From an uncultured Chloroflexia bacterium (GTDB taxonomy: Bacteria; Chloroflexota; Anaerolineae; Anaerolineales; Villigracilaceae): DNA of 64,000 nt. How positions within the stretch are numbered: the first letter of the stretch is position 1; each line of letters opens with the position of its first letter. The stretch covers positions 14,816 through 78,815 of the forward strand of contig CAWDYX010000020.1 in NCBI GenBank assembly GCA_963806575.1. The letters run 5' to 3'. Under the pieces are notes generated by a model. The model was not told the DNA's origin and ran no database searches. It worked only from the letters and a program-made list of their open reading frames with translations. Below, one piece after another: positions 1 through 9,699 of this stretch. Made by a program: the position numbers and the translations under genes.

Positions 1-1
1 T

Positions 2-313
2 ACGCCCTTCCTGACCGGCCAGCGCGGCCTGCGCGCCGAATTGTTCAAATTCATTTCCCGCGAAGCAGCGGAGGGATATGGCTTCGAGGTCGCATTGACC
101 GTGGCAGCAAGCCAGCATAATTACCGCAGTCGTGCGGTCGCGCTCAGAGGGGTCTGGCATCCACAGAGCGAATTTCGCAGCGAACGTGGTTTCTGGGGCG
201 GGGCACTTTGGAAACTACGCATGTATGGCCAGATCATCCGGGCATGGTATATCTCCACCCGTGAGCGTTATCCCAAAGCAAAGGCTTTCTTCTCGGATAT
301 CAGTAAATTTTAA
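2..313 (+). CDS. C-terminal end of a gene that starts upstream of the window; function unknown
   Basis: The frame of ORF 41..313 is open from the window edge to TAA 311-313 and is followed by a hairpin plus T-run. No recognisable motif. Confidence 0.35.
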   Translation, partial: TPFLTGQRGLRAELFKFISREAAEGYGFEVALTVAASQHNYRSRAVALRGVWHPQSEFRSERGFWGGALWKLRMYGQIIRAWYISTRERYPKAKAFFSDISKF

Positions 314-331
314 CCACCGCCCGAATTCCGG

Positions 332-363
332 CCATCGCAGACAATCTGCGGTGGCTGTTTTTT
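332..363 (+). terminator. intrinsic terminator
   Basis: Stem CCATCGCAGA / TCTGCGGTGG (one G-U pair) with loop CAA, followed by CTGTTTTTT. Confidence 0.7.
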
Positions 364-394
364 AGAATGTTGGGAATTCCATCGACGGAAAACC

Positions 395-925
395 ATGCGA
401 AAAATCACTTCCCTGCTCCTGTTCATTTTCCTGCTGTCCGGCTGCGGCATGCGACATTCAACCCCCACGCCGGTACCCATGGCTTCCGCCCTTCCCAACG
501 CTCAGTGCACCTGGAATTGGGCCACGCAATCCCTGCCAGACCTGAGCGCCAAGGTGGAAGCGGACATGCAAGCCGGCGGATTGAAGGATGTGACCGTCAG
601 AGCCGAGGCCTATGGTGAAAATTGCATCACGAGGGCAGGCAAGGTGGACCATTTCGCGGCCATGGAGACGGATTTCCAAATTACGGCGAAGGTAGCGGAT
701 CTCACCGATAAAGATGATTTGGGGAATTTGCTCGAAAAGATCCTGGGCGTTCTCGATGCCTACCCGACCGGAAAAACACCCGGACCTCAGCCGGGGTACA
801 TTAACATTTCTTTCCACGCCGGAAGTGATGAATTAAAGATAAAGTTCATCGTCACGGCAGGGAAATCTGCGCGTGCACGCGGATACCATGGCGCAGCGTT
901 GTTGGGTGAATTGCAGAATAAGTAA
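395..925 (+). CDS. putative secreted lipoprotein, unknown function
   Basis: N-terminus MRKITSLLLFIFLLSGC has a signal peptide and lipobox L-S-G-C. The rest is hydrophilic with coding-like composition. Confidence 0.6.
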   Translation: MRKITSLLLFIFLLSGCGMRHSTPTPVPMASALPNAQCTWNWATQSLPDLSAKVEADMQAGGLKDVTVRAEAYGENCITRAGKVDHFAAMETDFQITAKVADLTDKDDLGNLLEKILGVLDAYPTGKTPGPQPGYINISFHAGSDELKIKFIVTAGKSARARGYHGAALLGELQNK

Positions 926-1598
926 AAGCGCCATTATAATATTCCCCGTGCCATTCAACATTCTCCGTATTTTCGGCTTCACCGGGACAGGTCTGTCCAT
1001 TCTGGCTGTTTTCTATCCCGCGCTGGCGTACCGCGGCAGATGCAGCGAGCGATTTTCCCTGCTCAACCATTTCATTTCCGAACTCGGCGAAGTGGGTGTT
1101 TCACAGGCGGCGTGGTTTTTTAACGCCGGTCTGCTGCTGGGCGGGCTGGTATTCCTGCCGTTCATCATCGGCCTGGGGATTTTATTTGGCAGCCTTCTAG
1201 GCTGGCTGGGAACTGCGGCGGGGATCATTGCGGGCCTGGGCGTGGCGGCGGTAGGCATGTTCCCGATTAACAATTTCAACCTTCACGCAATTGCTGCAAC
1301 GACCTATTTTCGCGCCGGCCTGGTAATGGTCTTTTTCTTCGGGCTGGCCATCCTCTTTCAGCCCAGCGGGAAGACAATGGTCCCGCAGTCAGCCAACCTG
1401 CTCAGCTTGCTGGCTTTCCTGGCTTATGGAGCCTTTCTGACCTTTCCAAGGCACAAGAATAAAGAGGACAAGCCTGCAGACGTTCCCGACCCGGAACAGA
1501 CGCCCGAACGCCCGCGGATTGAGCCTTTAGCCAGCCTGGAATGGCTGGTATTTTTATCCACTATTGCTTGGTTGTTTGGAATGGCTTTATTTATTTGA
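873..1598 (+). CDS. polytopic membrane protein, DUF998-like
   Basis: About six hydrophobic helices and an HFISELG motif resembling the ISELG signature recalled for DUF998. The start is uncertain because the first 53 nt overlap the preceding gene. Confidence 0.5.
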   Translation: MHADTMAQRCWVNCRISKSAIIIFPVPFNILRIFGFTGTGLSILAVFYPALAYRGRCSERFSLLNHFISELGEVGVSQAAWFFNAGLLLGGLVFLPFIIGLGILFGSLLGWLGTAAGIIAGLGVAAVGMFPINNFNLHAIAATTYFRAGLVMVFFFGLAILFQPSGKTMVPQSANLLSLLAFLAYGAFLTFPRHKNKEDKPADVPDPEQTPERPRIEPLASLEWLVFLSTIAWLFGMALFI

Positions 1599-1679
1599 GC
1601 CCGGTTCCTCTAAACATAAAAACTGGCGGAATTTCCAACAAATCCGCCAGTTTCTTTTCGCGAAATGTCAACTTGTCTG

Positions 1680-2084
1680 CTATTTGTTTAAATCAAGGAC
1701 ATATGCGATCACGTCCGCAATATTTTGCGGCTTCAAAGTGCCTTCATCTCCGAAGGCTGGCATTTTGCTGGCGGTTTTTGCTCCTGAAGGAGTGGAACCA
1801 TGTTCAATTACCAGACCCATAGCGGCCACATCCTTGAAATCCATGTCGATGGGTTTCAATTCCGGGACGGTCCCATCATCCGAACCAGGGTTGACAACTC
1901 CGCCTGTCCCGGCCAGGCCATGGCAGGACTTGCAGTACCCATCATAAATCACTTTTCCTGCCACAGGATCACCGGTCAGATTAACCTCTCTGCCCGGCTT
2001 TGTGACATCCTTAGCACAGGCAGTCAGGACCAGAATGACCAGACCAACGACAAGAGCAATTAATACGAACCATTTTCTATGCAT
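1680..2084 (-). CDS. membrane-anchored or lipoprotein monohaem c-type cytochrome
   Basis: N-terminal hydrophobic anchor with LTAC, haem-binding CKSCH (CxxCH), and a distal Met in SKMPAFG. Confidence 0.8.
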   Translation of the reverse strand: MHRKWFVLIALVVGLVILVLTACAKDVTKPGREVNLTGDPVAGKVIYDGYCKSCHGLAGTGGVVNPGSDDGTVPELKPIDMDFKDVAAMGLVIEHGSTPSGAKTASKMPAFGDEGTLKPQNIADVIAYVLDLNK

Positions 2085-2116
2085 ACATTCCTCCCGGGTA
2101 ATAGATTAGCAGCATT

Positions 2117-3416
2117 TTATACCAATTTCAACAATGAATCCAGTAATTTCATCTCTTCGGCATCTGTTTTCACTTCCTCATCCAGCCTGGCTTCCCGCAA
2201 GCATTGTAAAACCTGCTGGTAGCGCGGGCCCGGTGGCAACCCGCGTTTCATCAGATCGTGTCCATTCGTTTTCGGTTTGACGTGCCGCCAGGTTTCCAGG
2301 AATTTATGTAAACTCTGCTGCGCCACGCCTTCCGGGGTGGCCAAAAATACGGCATAGACCGCCGTCAATGGCAAATCCTGCAGCCGGCTGACCCACCGGC
2401 TTGGTTTCGATCCAATCAAGGATGGTAAATCGGCAAACAAGGCGGATGCAGCCAGCAATGAAGCGAACAAATTCGCATGGAAATGCAGACGCTGCTCGAG
2501 GCTTTCCAGGTCAATCGGTGCAACATCCATCAGCCAAAGGTGCCAGCCAAGGAAGCATTTTCCTCCAGAAGACGGATTAAACTTTAGAGGATGTTCCGGT
2601 AGGAGATGCAGGCTGTTCAAAAAACGCTCACGGATTGTGCCATTCCATGTCAACGCCGGATGGATGGGCTGCAGTAAGTCCAATTCCGCCAGGCGGCTCA
2701 GCATGGCAACGACTTTCTCTTCCGCGAGGATCAGATCCAATTCATGACGGAGGCGCTGGGCCGAGAGCAAGTCCGATGAGCGGATACGCCTGCGGCATCA
2801 GGGACAACGTCTCCGGGACGATCTGAAAGCCGTAACGCTGTTCGTAACGGACTGCACGAAAAAGACGGGTGGGATCGTCCTGAAAGGATCCGGCATGCAG
2901 GACGCGGAGCAACCCTCGTTTCAGGTCATCCAGGCCGCCCAGGTCATCTCTCAACTCGCCCCAATGTTCGCCATCCAGGCGCAGGGCCAGGGTATTGATG
3001 GTGAAATCGCGGCGGATCAGGTCATCAGCCAGCGTGCCGGGCTTCACGGTCGGCAAAGCGGCGGAGTGTTTGTAGGTTTCAGAACGGGTGGAGATGAAAT
3101 CAAGGCGCTGCTGGGGAGAGTCAGGTGGGAACCAGCGGGCTGTCCCAAAACGAAGATGGGAGGTTACCCGACCACCGTAATGGCCAGCCAACGCCCTGGC
3201 GAGGGAAATGGCATCGCCCTCGACAACCAGATCAAAATCTGTCGCCGGGTTGCCCAGAAGTAAATCGCGTACAAAACCGCCCACCAGGTAGAGCGGCAAG
3301 GCGTGTCTGGCAGCCGAATCCGCCACCATCCGCAAGAGCAAGAACTGCCCGGATGGGAGAACCTGGGAAAGGTCGGATCTCTTGAAATCCATTATAACAG
3401 GCATGGTTACCCTCAT
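2117..3416 (-). CDS. tRNA nucleotidyltransferase / poly(A) polymerase family protein (CCA-adding-enzyme-like); frame broken once
   Basis: ORF 2742..3416 carries the head domain (LYLVGGFVRDLLLG...DFDLVV, RRDFTINTLA). ORF 2117..2770 continues the family body (LSAQRLRHELDLIL...). The two ORFs overlap by 29 nt in different frames. Dropping one G near ATC-G-GAC at about 2773 joins PLI to DLLSAQRL. Confidence 0.75.
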
Positions 3417-3505
3417 GATTATATAGCAAAGCCAGGCAACAAGGATGCCTCGCCCTGTAAACCCATCATAGAGTAATATTTCACAAGATGTATTGACTTG
3501 CAGGA

Positions 3506-4417
3506 TCAGATATCGTGCGGATCCAGCAATTCACTTAATCCATCTCCAAGTATATTCCAACCGATCCCAAACAGGATCAGAACAAGCGTGGCAGGGATAT
3601 AGACCCACCAATATGTAAATATACCTCCCCCCGGCCCGAGCACCCAGTCTTTACCCATTACCAACATTCTCCCCCATGTGGAGGAGCTATCCAAGTTGAT
3701 GAACGTGAATGTGGCTTGCAGGATGACCAAGGCGCCCACATCACGTGCAGCCAAAACAATGGATGGGGTGATCGAGTTGGGAAGCAGGTGGCGCAGGATT
3801 ATCCGGATGGGTTTTGCTCCGATGGCGCGGGCAGCCAGGATGAATTCGGATTGCTTGATGGAGATGACAACAGAATTGATGATGCGGGCATGCGGCATCC
3901 AGGAAAATAAAATAAGAATCAACATGAGCGGATTAATCGCCTGGATCAAAACCAGTATGAACGAAGAAGATTTCACCGGCAGTAACGACCAAACGTTATG
4001 GTAGGTATCAAACCACGCCCCCGCAGCAACAATCACCGAAACCCATAATTGATTAAGCAGCACGACACCTGCAATAATCGGAAACGCTGTGAAGCCATCT
4101 GTGATTCGCATGAGGATATTGTTGATAGCACCCCCCGCATACCCCGCAGTAGCTCCCAATAGAGCGCCTATGATGGCAGACAGGAGGGAAATTTCCAGAC
4201 CAAAAACAAGGGCATCACGCGTACCCCAAACCAAGGCATGAAAAACATCCCTTTGTCCCGGCAGGCTGCCCAAAGGAGATGCGATGCTTGGAGGATGGGG
4301 CCGTTGATCCCCTACAAGGGAACCCTTTACTTGCATAAAAGGTCCGGGGTCTTTCGAATTGTTTGGAGAAATCCAAGGCGCGGTAATGGCGATGACAATA
4401 AACAAGCCGACAAGCAA
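3506..4417 (-). CDS. ABC transporter permease, DppC/OppC-like
   Basis: Six TM helices and the EAA loop SEFILAARAIGAKPIRIILRHLLPN. The open frame with family-like sequence (RWQNWIGI) continues upstream to 4510 without an ATG, GTG or TTG, so the start is unresolved. Confidence 0.85.
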   Translation of the reverse strand: MLVGLFIVIAITAPWISPNNSKDPGPFMQVKGSLVGDQRPHPPSIASPLGSLPGQRDVFHALVWGTRDALVFGLEISLLSAIIGALLGATAGYAGGAINNILMRITDGFTAFPIIAGVVLLNQLWVSVIVAAGAWFDTYHNVWSLLPVKSSSFILVLIQAINPLMLILILFSWMPHARIINSVVISIKQSEFILAARAIGAKPIRIILRHLLPNSITPSIVLAARDVGALVILQATFTFINLDSSSTWGRMLVMGKDWVLGPGGGIFTYWWVYIPATLVLILFGIGWNILGDGLSELLDPHDI

Positions 4418-4548
4418 AATACCGATCCAATTCTGCCAGCGGGAGGAAAATCGTGTTAAGCTTCTGGACCAACGGAATCCGAAAATTGGCTCGGGTAAAT
4501 GATGACCTCTTAATGGAGCAGAGCGGGTAACTGTCTGTGCAGGTACCT

Positions 4549-4947
4549 TCAGTACCTGAGGTTGGGTTTTTGGTCAGATGCCGCAAGTTTCCACGAAACA
4601 TCCTGAGCGGTCCTGCCGAACTTCGAAATTACCGCCACGTTCCGACGAGATAGAGTTTGCTTTCTAGAGGATTGTCCCGCCTGTACTCGCCTCAGGCGCT
4701 CCACCGCCCAATGCATCCCCTTCCGGGCTCTCAGGCTGTGGGGGTTAATCTTCAGTGCCTGTTCCAGATATTTTGTACTGGCACGCGGGCTGGCAACCGC
4801 AGCCAGGAAAAGCCAAGGTTCTTCAGAATCCGGATCCAAAGTGACAGCCTGCATTGCCCAGCCACGCGCAGCCAGGTGGTCACCTCGTTGCATGGCTTGC
4901 CGGGCGTTTAGAAGGGCTCCACGGACAAATTCTGAATCGGCCTTCAT
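4549..4947 (-). CDS. small TPR-like protein
   Basis: Helical-repeat sequence ARQAMQRGDHLAARGWAMQAVTLDPDSEEPWLFLAAV...YLEQALKINPHS. Its ATG overlaps the stop of the upstream small ORF (ATGA). Confidence 0.5.
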   Translation of the reverse strand: MKADSEFVRGALLNARQAMQRGDHLAARGWAMQAVTLDPDSEEPWLFLAAVASPRASTKYLEQALKINPHSLRARKGMHWAVERLRRVQAGQSSRKQTLSRRNVAVISKFGRTAQDVSWKLAASDQKPNLRY

Positions 4948-5129
4948 GGATCAGGTAATGCTTTGACGTTCTCGTTATTGACAAAGAACAAAATTCCAGA
5001 CTTCACGGAACGTGACATTATATCTGGAAGTCGAACAAGAATCTCACGGTGAATGTCTCGGAAACCAGTATCTATGATGACTACGGTTCTAGCAGAGTTA
5101 TTGGCTTTGATGGCAGGTAAATTCGTCAT
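4944..5129 (-). CDS. hypothetical 61-aa protein
   Basis: ATG at 5129 lies 1 nt after the DppB-like stop, and its stop overlaps the TPR ORF start. Support comes only from this tight packing. Confidence 0.3.
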   Translation of the reverse strand: MTNLPAIKANNSARTVVIIDTGFRDIHREILVRLPDIMSRSVKSGILFFVNNENVKALPDP

Positions 5130-5130
5130 A

Positions 5131-6195
5131 TTATTGGATGATTTCCTGGCGCACACGCGGGTCAAAAATCACCAGCACAATATCCACGATGAACATCAAT
5201 GCCATTACCAGAAGAACACTATAAACGGAAAATCCCAGTGCAGCCGCGGGATCGGGAATACCCAACATGGACTTAAGAATCAGATCGGAGATACCCAGAT
5301 AGGAATAAATAATCTCCACCACGAAAACCCCGGTTACAAGCGAAGCCGCGGAAAGTGCCATACTGGTAAAGGTGGGAGTCAACGTGTTCCGAAAAGCATG
5401 TTTCCACATGATCATGCTCTCTTTTGCGCCGCGTGCCCTAGATGCGATAATGTATTCCTTCTTCCTTTCTAAAATGACAGCGGAACGGATGATCCGACCA
5501 AGCGTAGCCCAATGAAAAAGACTCAACGTGATGACCGGCATGACCAAATGACGAACTGCATCAACAGTAACATCCAGGCGATGATTAAGTAGCCCATCGA
5601 TCGTATACATACCAGTATAGGAAATAAATCCCTTGGCTTTCAGAGTCATCTCAAGACCCATGTTCAACCGGAACGGTGCAAACCAGTGAAGGGCTACATA
5701 GAAGACTGCGATCAAAATGATGGAGAGGATGAAGGGTGGAAAAGCCGTAGATACGAATGCTGCCAACCGGAAGGCGTTGTCAAACCCTTTGCGCTGGTTC
5801 CAACCTGCAACCACACCGCTCACCAAACCCAAGGGAATAAATAACAGGAACGAATAAAGAGCCAATTCTGCCGTTGCGGGTGTTCTGCGAAGTAATGCTG
5901 GCAGGACGTCCTCATGCAGAACTGGACTATAACCCCAAGTTCCCTGCAAAAGAGACCTCGTCCAGGTCAAATATTGGATGAAGTAATTATCATCCAGATG
6001 AAATTTCTTTATATTGACCTGGATAGCATGTGCCATCTGCTCCTCTGTCACGTGTGCGCTCGGATGATAATAAAGCAAGGCTCGCGTGGTCGGAGGCGTC
6101 ATCATAACACCTGCATACAGCAACATGGTGATTATAATAAGTGAAATGATGATGGCAATCAGGCGGCGGGTGAGAAATTGTACGAATGGTGGCAT
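5131..6195 (-). CDS. ABC transporter permease, DppB/OppB-like
   Basis: N-terminal FLTRRLIAIIISLIII and EAA loop EYIIASRARGAKESMIMWKHAFRNTLTP. Confidence 0.85.
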   Translation of the reverse strand: MPPFVQFLTRRLIAIIISLIIITMLLYAGVMMTPPTTRALLYYHPSAHVTEEQMAHAIQVNIKKFHLDDNYFIQYLTWTRSLLQGTWGYSPVLHEDVLPALLRRTPATAELALYSFLLFIPLGLVSGVVAGWNQRKGFDNAFRLAAFVSTAFPPFILSIILIAVFYVALHWFAPFRLNMGLEMTLKAKGFISYTGMYTIDGLLNHRLDVTVDAVRHLVMPVITLSLFHWATLGRIIRSAVILERKKEYIIASRARGAKESMIMWKHAFRNTLTPTFTSMALSAASLVTGVFVVEIIYSYLGISDLILKSMLGIPDPAAALGFSVYSVLLVMALMFIVDIVLVIFDPRVRQEIIQ

Positions 6196-6290
6196 GAAGT
6201 CAACTCATCGAAGTTATATTTTACTCCATGGATGAAATAATTCCATTTTCACTATCATCCCTCACTATGTAGATATGCTATACTCTTATT

Positions 6291-7030
6291 ATGCAGTACA
6301 AATATGCTACGGAACGCGCCAATTATGCAGACCTGGCCAGCGGGCACGTTTTCTACAGCCTGCCGGGGCATCCGGCGCTCCCGGTGCGCCTGGCAAGTGA
6401 GATCTACCAGCGCTGTCTGGCACTGCGGGGGCAGGGAATCTCTCCATGTACAATCTACGATCCATGCTGCGGGGCTGCCTATCATCTCAGTGTGATCGCT
6501 TACCTGCACTGGGAGTCGATCTACCGGGTGATCTGCTCGGATATTGACGAAAAGGCCGTCAGACTGGCGGAACGAAACCTGGGTCTGCTGACGCCGGGTG
6601 GAATAAAGAGAAGGAGCCGGGAAATTTCGGCGATGGTGCACCTGTACGATAAAGATCCCACAAAGGAGCGCTGGAGAGCATCACCCGCATGCAGGAACAG
6701 GTCAACCGGCTGACGGCGGTACGCCCGATCCAGACGCACGTCTTCCGCGCCAATGCCCTTAAGGCTTCCAGCCTGCGGGCAGGTCTGCAGGGTGTTGCGA
6801 TTGACCTGGTTTTTTCCGACATCCCTTATGGCCAGCACTCCCAATGGAAGGAAAACCAGACACCCCATCCAGCCTGGGCAATGCTGGAAGCATTGTTCGA
6901 GTTCCTTTCTCCTAAGAGTATTGTGGCAATAGTATCCGATAAACTTCAGAAGGCCGCTCACGAAAAGTATGAACAGATTGAAAAATTTCAACTCGGCAAG
7001 CGCCAGGTGATCATCCTGAGGCCTGCCTGA
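6291..7030 (+). CDS. SAM-dependent methyltransferase (DPPY-type catalytic motif); frame broken once
   Basis: ORF 6291..6713 has motif I (IYDPCCGAAY). ORF 6689..7030 has motif IV-like DLVFSDIPYG. The second frame is open from 6653, so the frames can be joined within 6653-6713. Confidence 0.55.
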
Positions 7031-7073
7031 AATAAATTGCCATAAATCTGCTTCCCGGCCTGACATAATCAGG

Positions 7074-7197
7074 TATAATCTGAGCCAATGAAACTGAACC
7101 CGCTCCCGGCCCCTGCCACACGAAACCCATCCAGGTCTGGTTAGGTTCAGTTCGGCATGCACACCGGCGGCTCCCAGACTTGGAGAGCCGTTTTTTT
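7074..7197 (+). promoter_or_regulatory. candidate promoter plus structured leader or short RNA ending in a terminator
   Basis: TATAAT at 7074-7079. Long-range stem GAAACTGAACC (7090-7100) pairs with GGTTCAGTTC (7144-7153). Terminator at 7169-7197. The next gene starts at 7238. Confidence 0.4.
7169..7197 (+). terminator. intrinsic terminator
   Basis: GGCTCCCA / TGGAGAGCC stem with one bulge, loop GACT, then G plus T7. Confidence 0.7.
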
Positions 7198-7237
7198 ATT
7201 GGATTGCAGATTGACGATTTGGGATTGGTGAGTAAAA

Positions 7238-7558
7238 ATGGACATACGAGACTTAACCACCAAAATGCACGCCTTTGTCCGCTCGAAGGGTTGGTACGAG
7301 CCGGGCAGTAAACGTCCGCAGACGCCGCGCAACCTGGCAATCTCGCTCTCGCTGGAAGCCAATGAAGTACTGGAGCACTTCCAGTGGCGGGACAACTTGA
7401 AAGACAAGGATGAACTCGCCAGCGAATTGGCCGACGTGACGTTATATCTATTACAATTGGCCTCGGTCTCTGGAATTGACCTGGAGCAGGCAGTTTTGAA
7501 GAAGCTCGAAACAAACGCGCAGCGCGAATGGGATGATGTTACTTCAAACGACAGGTGA
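7238..7558 (+). CDS. MazG-like nucleotide pyrophosphohydrolase
   Basis: Single MazG-type helical domain: RNLAISLSLEANEVLEHFQW...ELADVTLYLLQLA. Confidence 0.75.
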   Translation: MDIRDLTTKMHAFVRSKGWYEPGSKRPQTPRNLAISLSLEANEVLEHFQWRDNLKDKDELASELADVTLYLLQLASVSGIDLEQAVLKKLETNAQREWDDVTSNDR

Positions 7559-7582
7559 CCTTTTACTGATAGGAATTCATCC

Positions 7583-8179
7583 ATGAATGTGACAGTATTC
7601 GGTGGCTCGCATCCCAAAGAAGGCGAGGCAGCCTACTTGGAAGCCTATGAACTTGGCAAACTGCTGGCATTGGCTGGGCACACCGTCCTGACCGGCGCGT
7701 ATATTGGCACGATGGAGGCCGTCTCCAGGGGCGCGAATGAAGCTGGTGGACACGTCGTCGGAGTGACCAGTGTGGACATCGAAGCCTGGCGCAAAGTCAA
7801 GGCCAACCCCTGGGTGCAGGAGGAGCGGCGTTTCAACACCCTGCAGGAGCGGCTGAATGAACTTGTCCTGGCCTGTGATGCGGCCATTGCCCTGCCGGGC
7901 GGCCCCGGCACGTTGACCGAAATTGCCCTGACCTGGAACCTGATGATCGTTGCCTCCATCCCACCCAAACCACTCATTTTAACAGGGACGGGTTGGAAGA
8001 ACGTGATGGAATCGTTTTACAGTTCATTCGAAGCTCATATCCCGCAGAACCAGCGCAGCCTGCTGCAGTTTGCACTGGATGTACAATCCGCAGTCATGCT
8101 CTTAAAAAATTCAACCACCCAGGACGCAAATGCTCATGAAGGCTCACAAAGGAAACCTGTAAACCTTCGTGCTCCTTAG
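7583..8179 (+). CDS. LOG / TIGR00730-type Rossmann-fold nucleotide-binding protein
   Basis: VTVFGGS...GAYIGTMEAVSRGA...ALPGGPGTLTE motifs. Confidence 0.75.
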   Translation: MNVTVFGGSHPKEGEAAYLEAYELGKLLALAGHTVLTGAYIGTMEAVSRGANEAGGHVVGVTSVDIEAWRKVKANPWVQEERRFNTLQERLNELVLACDAAIALPGGPGTLTEIALTWNLMIVASIPPKPLILTGTGWKNVMESFYSSFEAHIPQNQRSLLQFALDVQSAVMLLKNSTTQDANAHEGSQRKPVNLRAP

Positions 8180-8226
8180 TGTTCCTCGCGGGAAACAATT
8201 TATTATTCCAAATTACCGAGGTTCTC

Positions 8227-9666
8227 ATGCCAGACGAAAAACTTACCCCCCGCAATGTTGACTTCTCCGAATGGTACAACCAGATCGTCCAGCGCGCCGA
8301 GATGGCCGACTACGCCCCGGTGCGCGGCTGCATGGTGGTGCGACCATACGGTTGGGCGCTTTGGGAGAACATCCAGGCAGCCCTTGACCAGCGCTTCAAA
8401 GAGACTGGTCATGTCAATGCCGCCTTCCCGCTCTTCATCCCGATGTCATTCCTAGAAAAGGAGAAGGATCACGTGGAGGGATTCTCGCCTGAACTGGCGG
8501 TTGTGACCATCGGCGGCGGCGAGAAACTCGAAGAGCCGCTGGTGGTGCGCCCCACCTCGGAAACCATCATCGGTTACATGTACGCCAAGTGGATCAAGAG
8601 CTACCGCGACCTGCCGGTACTGATCAACCAGTGGGGCAACGTAGTGCGCTGGGAATTGCGCACGCGCCTGTTCCTGCGCACGCTGGAGTTCTACTGGCAG
8701 GAAGGTCACACCGCCCACGCCAGCGAACAAGAAGCACGTGAGGAAACCATGCGCATGCTGGGCGTGTATGCCGATTTCGCAATCACTGAAGGGGCTGTGC
8801 CGGTCATCCAGGGCGTCAAGTCCCAGACCGAGAAGTTTGCCGGTGCAAGTATGTCCACCACCATTGAGGCCATGATGCAGGATATGCGCGCCCTGCAATC
8901 CGGCACCTCACACTTCCTCGGCCAGAATTTTGCCAAAGCCTTCAACATCCAATTCCTGGATGAGAGCAACACACTCCAATATGCCTGGACGACCTCCTGG
9001 GGTTTGTCAACCCGCTTCATCGGCGCGCTCATCATGACACACGGTGATGATCAGGGGCTGATCCTGCCGCCGCGCCTGGCCCCCATCCAGGCCGTCATCG
9101 TGCCAATCTTCAAATCGGATTCGGAAATAACTGCGGTCATAGAGGCAGTCAAACGGGTCCAGACTGAACTCAAGGCCGCCGGTATCCGCGTCAAGGTGGA
9201 CGAGCGAAGGGAAGTCACACCCGGCTTCAAATTCAACGATTGGGAAATGCGCGGAGTGCCGCTGCGGATCGAGATCGGTCCCAGGGATGTGGAGAAAGGC
9301 AGCGTCGCCCTGGCCCGGCGCGATCGCCCAGGGCGAGAAGGCAAGTCATTTGTCCCGCAGGCTGGCTTGTCTGCGACAGTCACCGACCTGCTGAATGACA
9401 TCCAGAGATCCTTGCTGGAGCGGGCGACGATCTTCCGCGACAGTCACATTTTCCACCCGAAGGATTACGCCGAATTGACCAAAGTCGTCGAGAACGGCTG
9501 GGCTTATTCGTACTGGTGTGAGTCCGCCGATTGCGAAGCGAAGGTGAAGGAGGATACCAAGGCCACCACCCGCTGCATTCCTCTCAACCAGGAAGAAGGC
9601 CCAGGCAAGTGCATCGTGTGCGGGAAGGATGCCAAACGAAAGGTGTACTTCTCAAGGGCATACTAG
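8227..9666 (+). CDS. proS: prolyl-tRNA synthetase, archaeal/eukaryote-like type (no INS editing domain)
   Basis: N-terminus MPDEKLTPRNVDFSEWYNQIVQRAEMADY..., class II motifs, and a Cys-rich C-terminal domain ending in FSRAY. I moved the start to ATG 8227 from the ORF-track start 8179. Confidence 0.9.
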   Translation: MPDEKLTPRNVDFSEWYNQIVQRAEMADYAPVRGCMVVRPYGWALWENIQAALDQRFKETGHVNAAFPLFIPMSFLEKEKDHVEGFSPELAVVTIGGGEKLEEPLVVRPTSETIIGYMYAKWIKSYRDLPVLINQWGNVVRWELRTRLFLRTLEFYWQEGHTAHASEQEAREETMRMLGVYADFAITEGAVPVIQGVKSQTEKFAGASMSTTIEAMMQDMRALQSGTSHFLGQNFAKAFNIQFLDESNTLQYAWTTSWGLSTRFIGALIMTHGDDQGLILPPRLAPIQAVIVPIFKSDSEITAVIEAVKRVQTELKAAGIRVKVDERREVTPGFKFNDWEMRGVPLRIEIGPRDVEKGSVALARRDRPGREGKSFVPQAGLSATVTDLLNDIQRSLLERATIFRDSHIFHPKDYAELTKVVENGWAYSYWCESADCEAKVKEDTKATTRCIPLNQEEGPGKCIVCGKDAKRKVYFSRAY

Positions 9667-9699
9667 GGTGTCAAGTGTCACGAAAAGATAGGAGGAATG

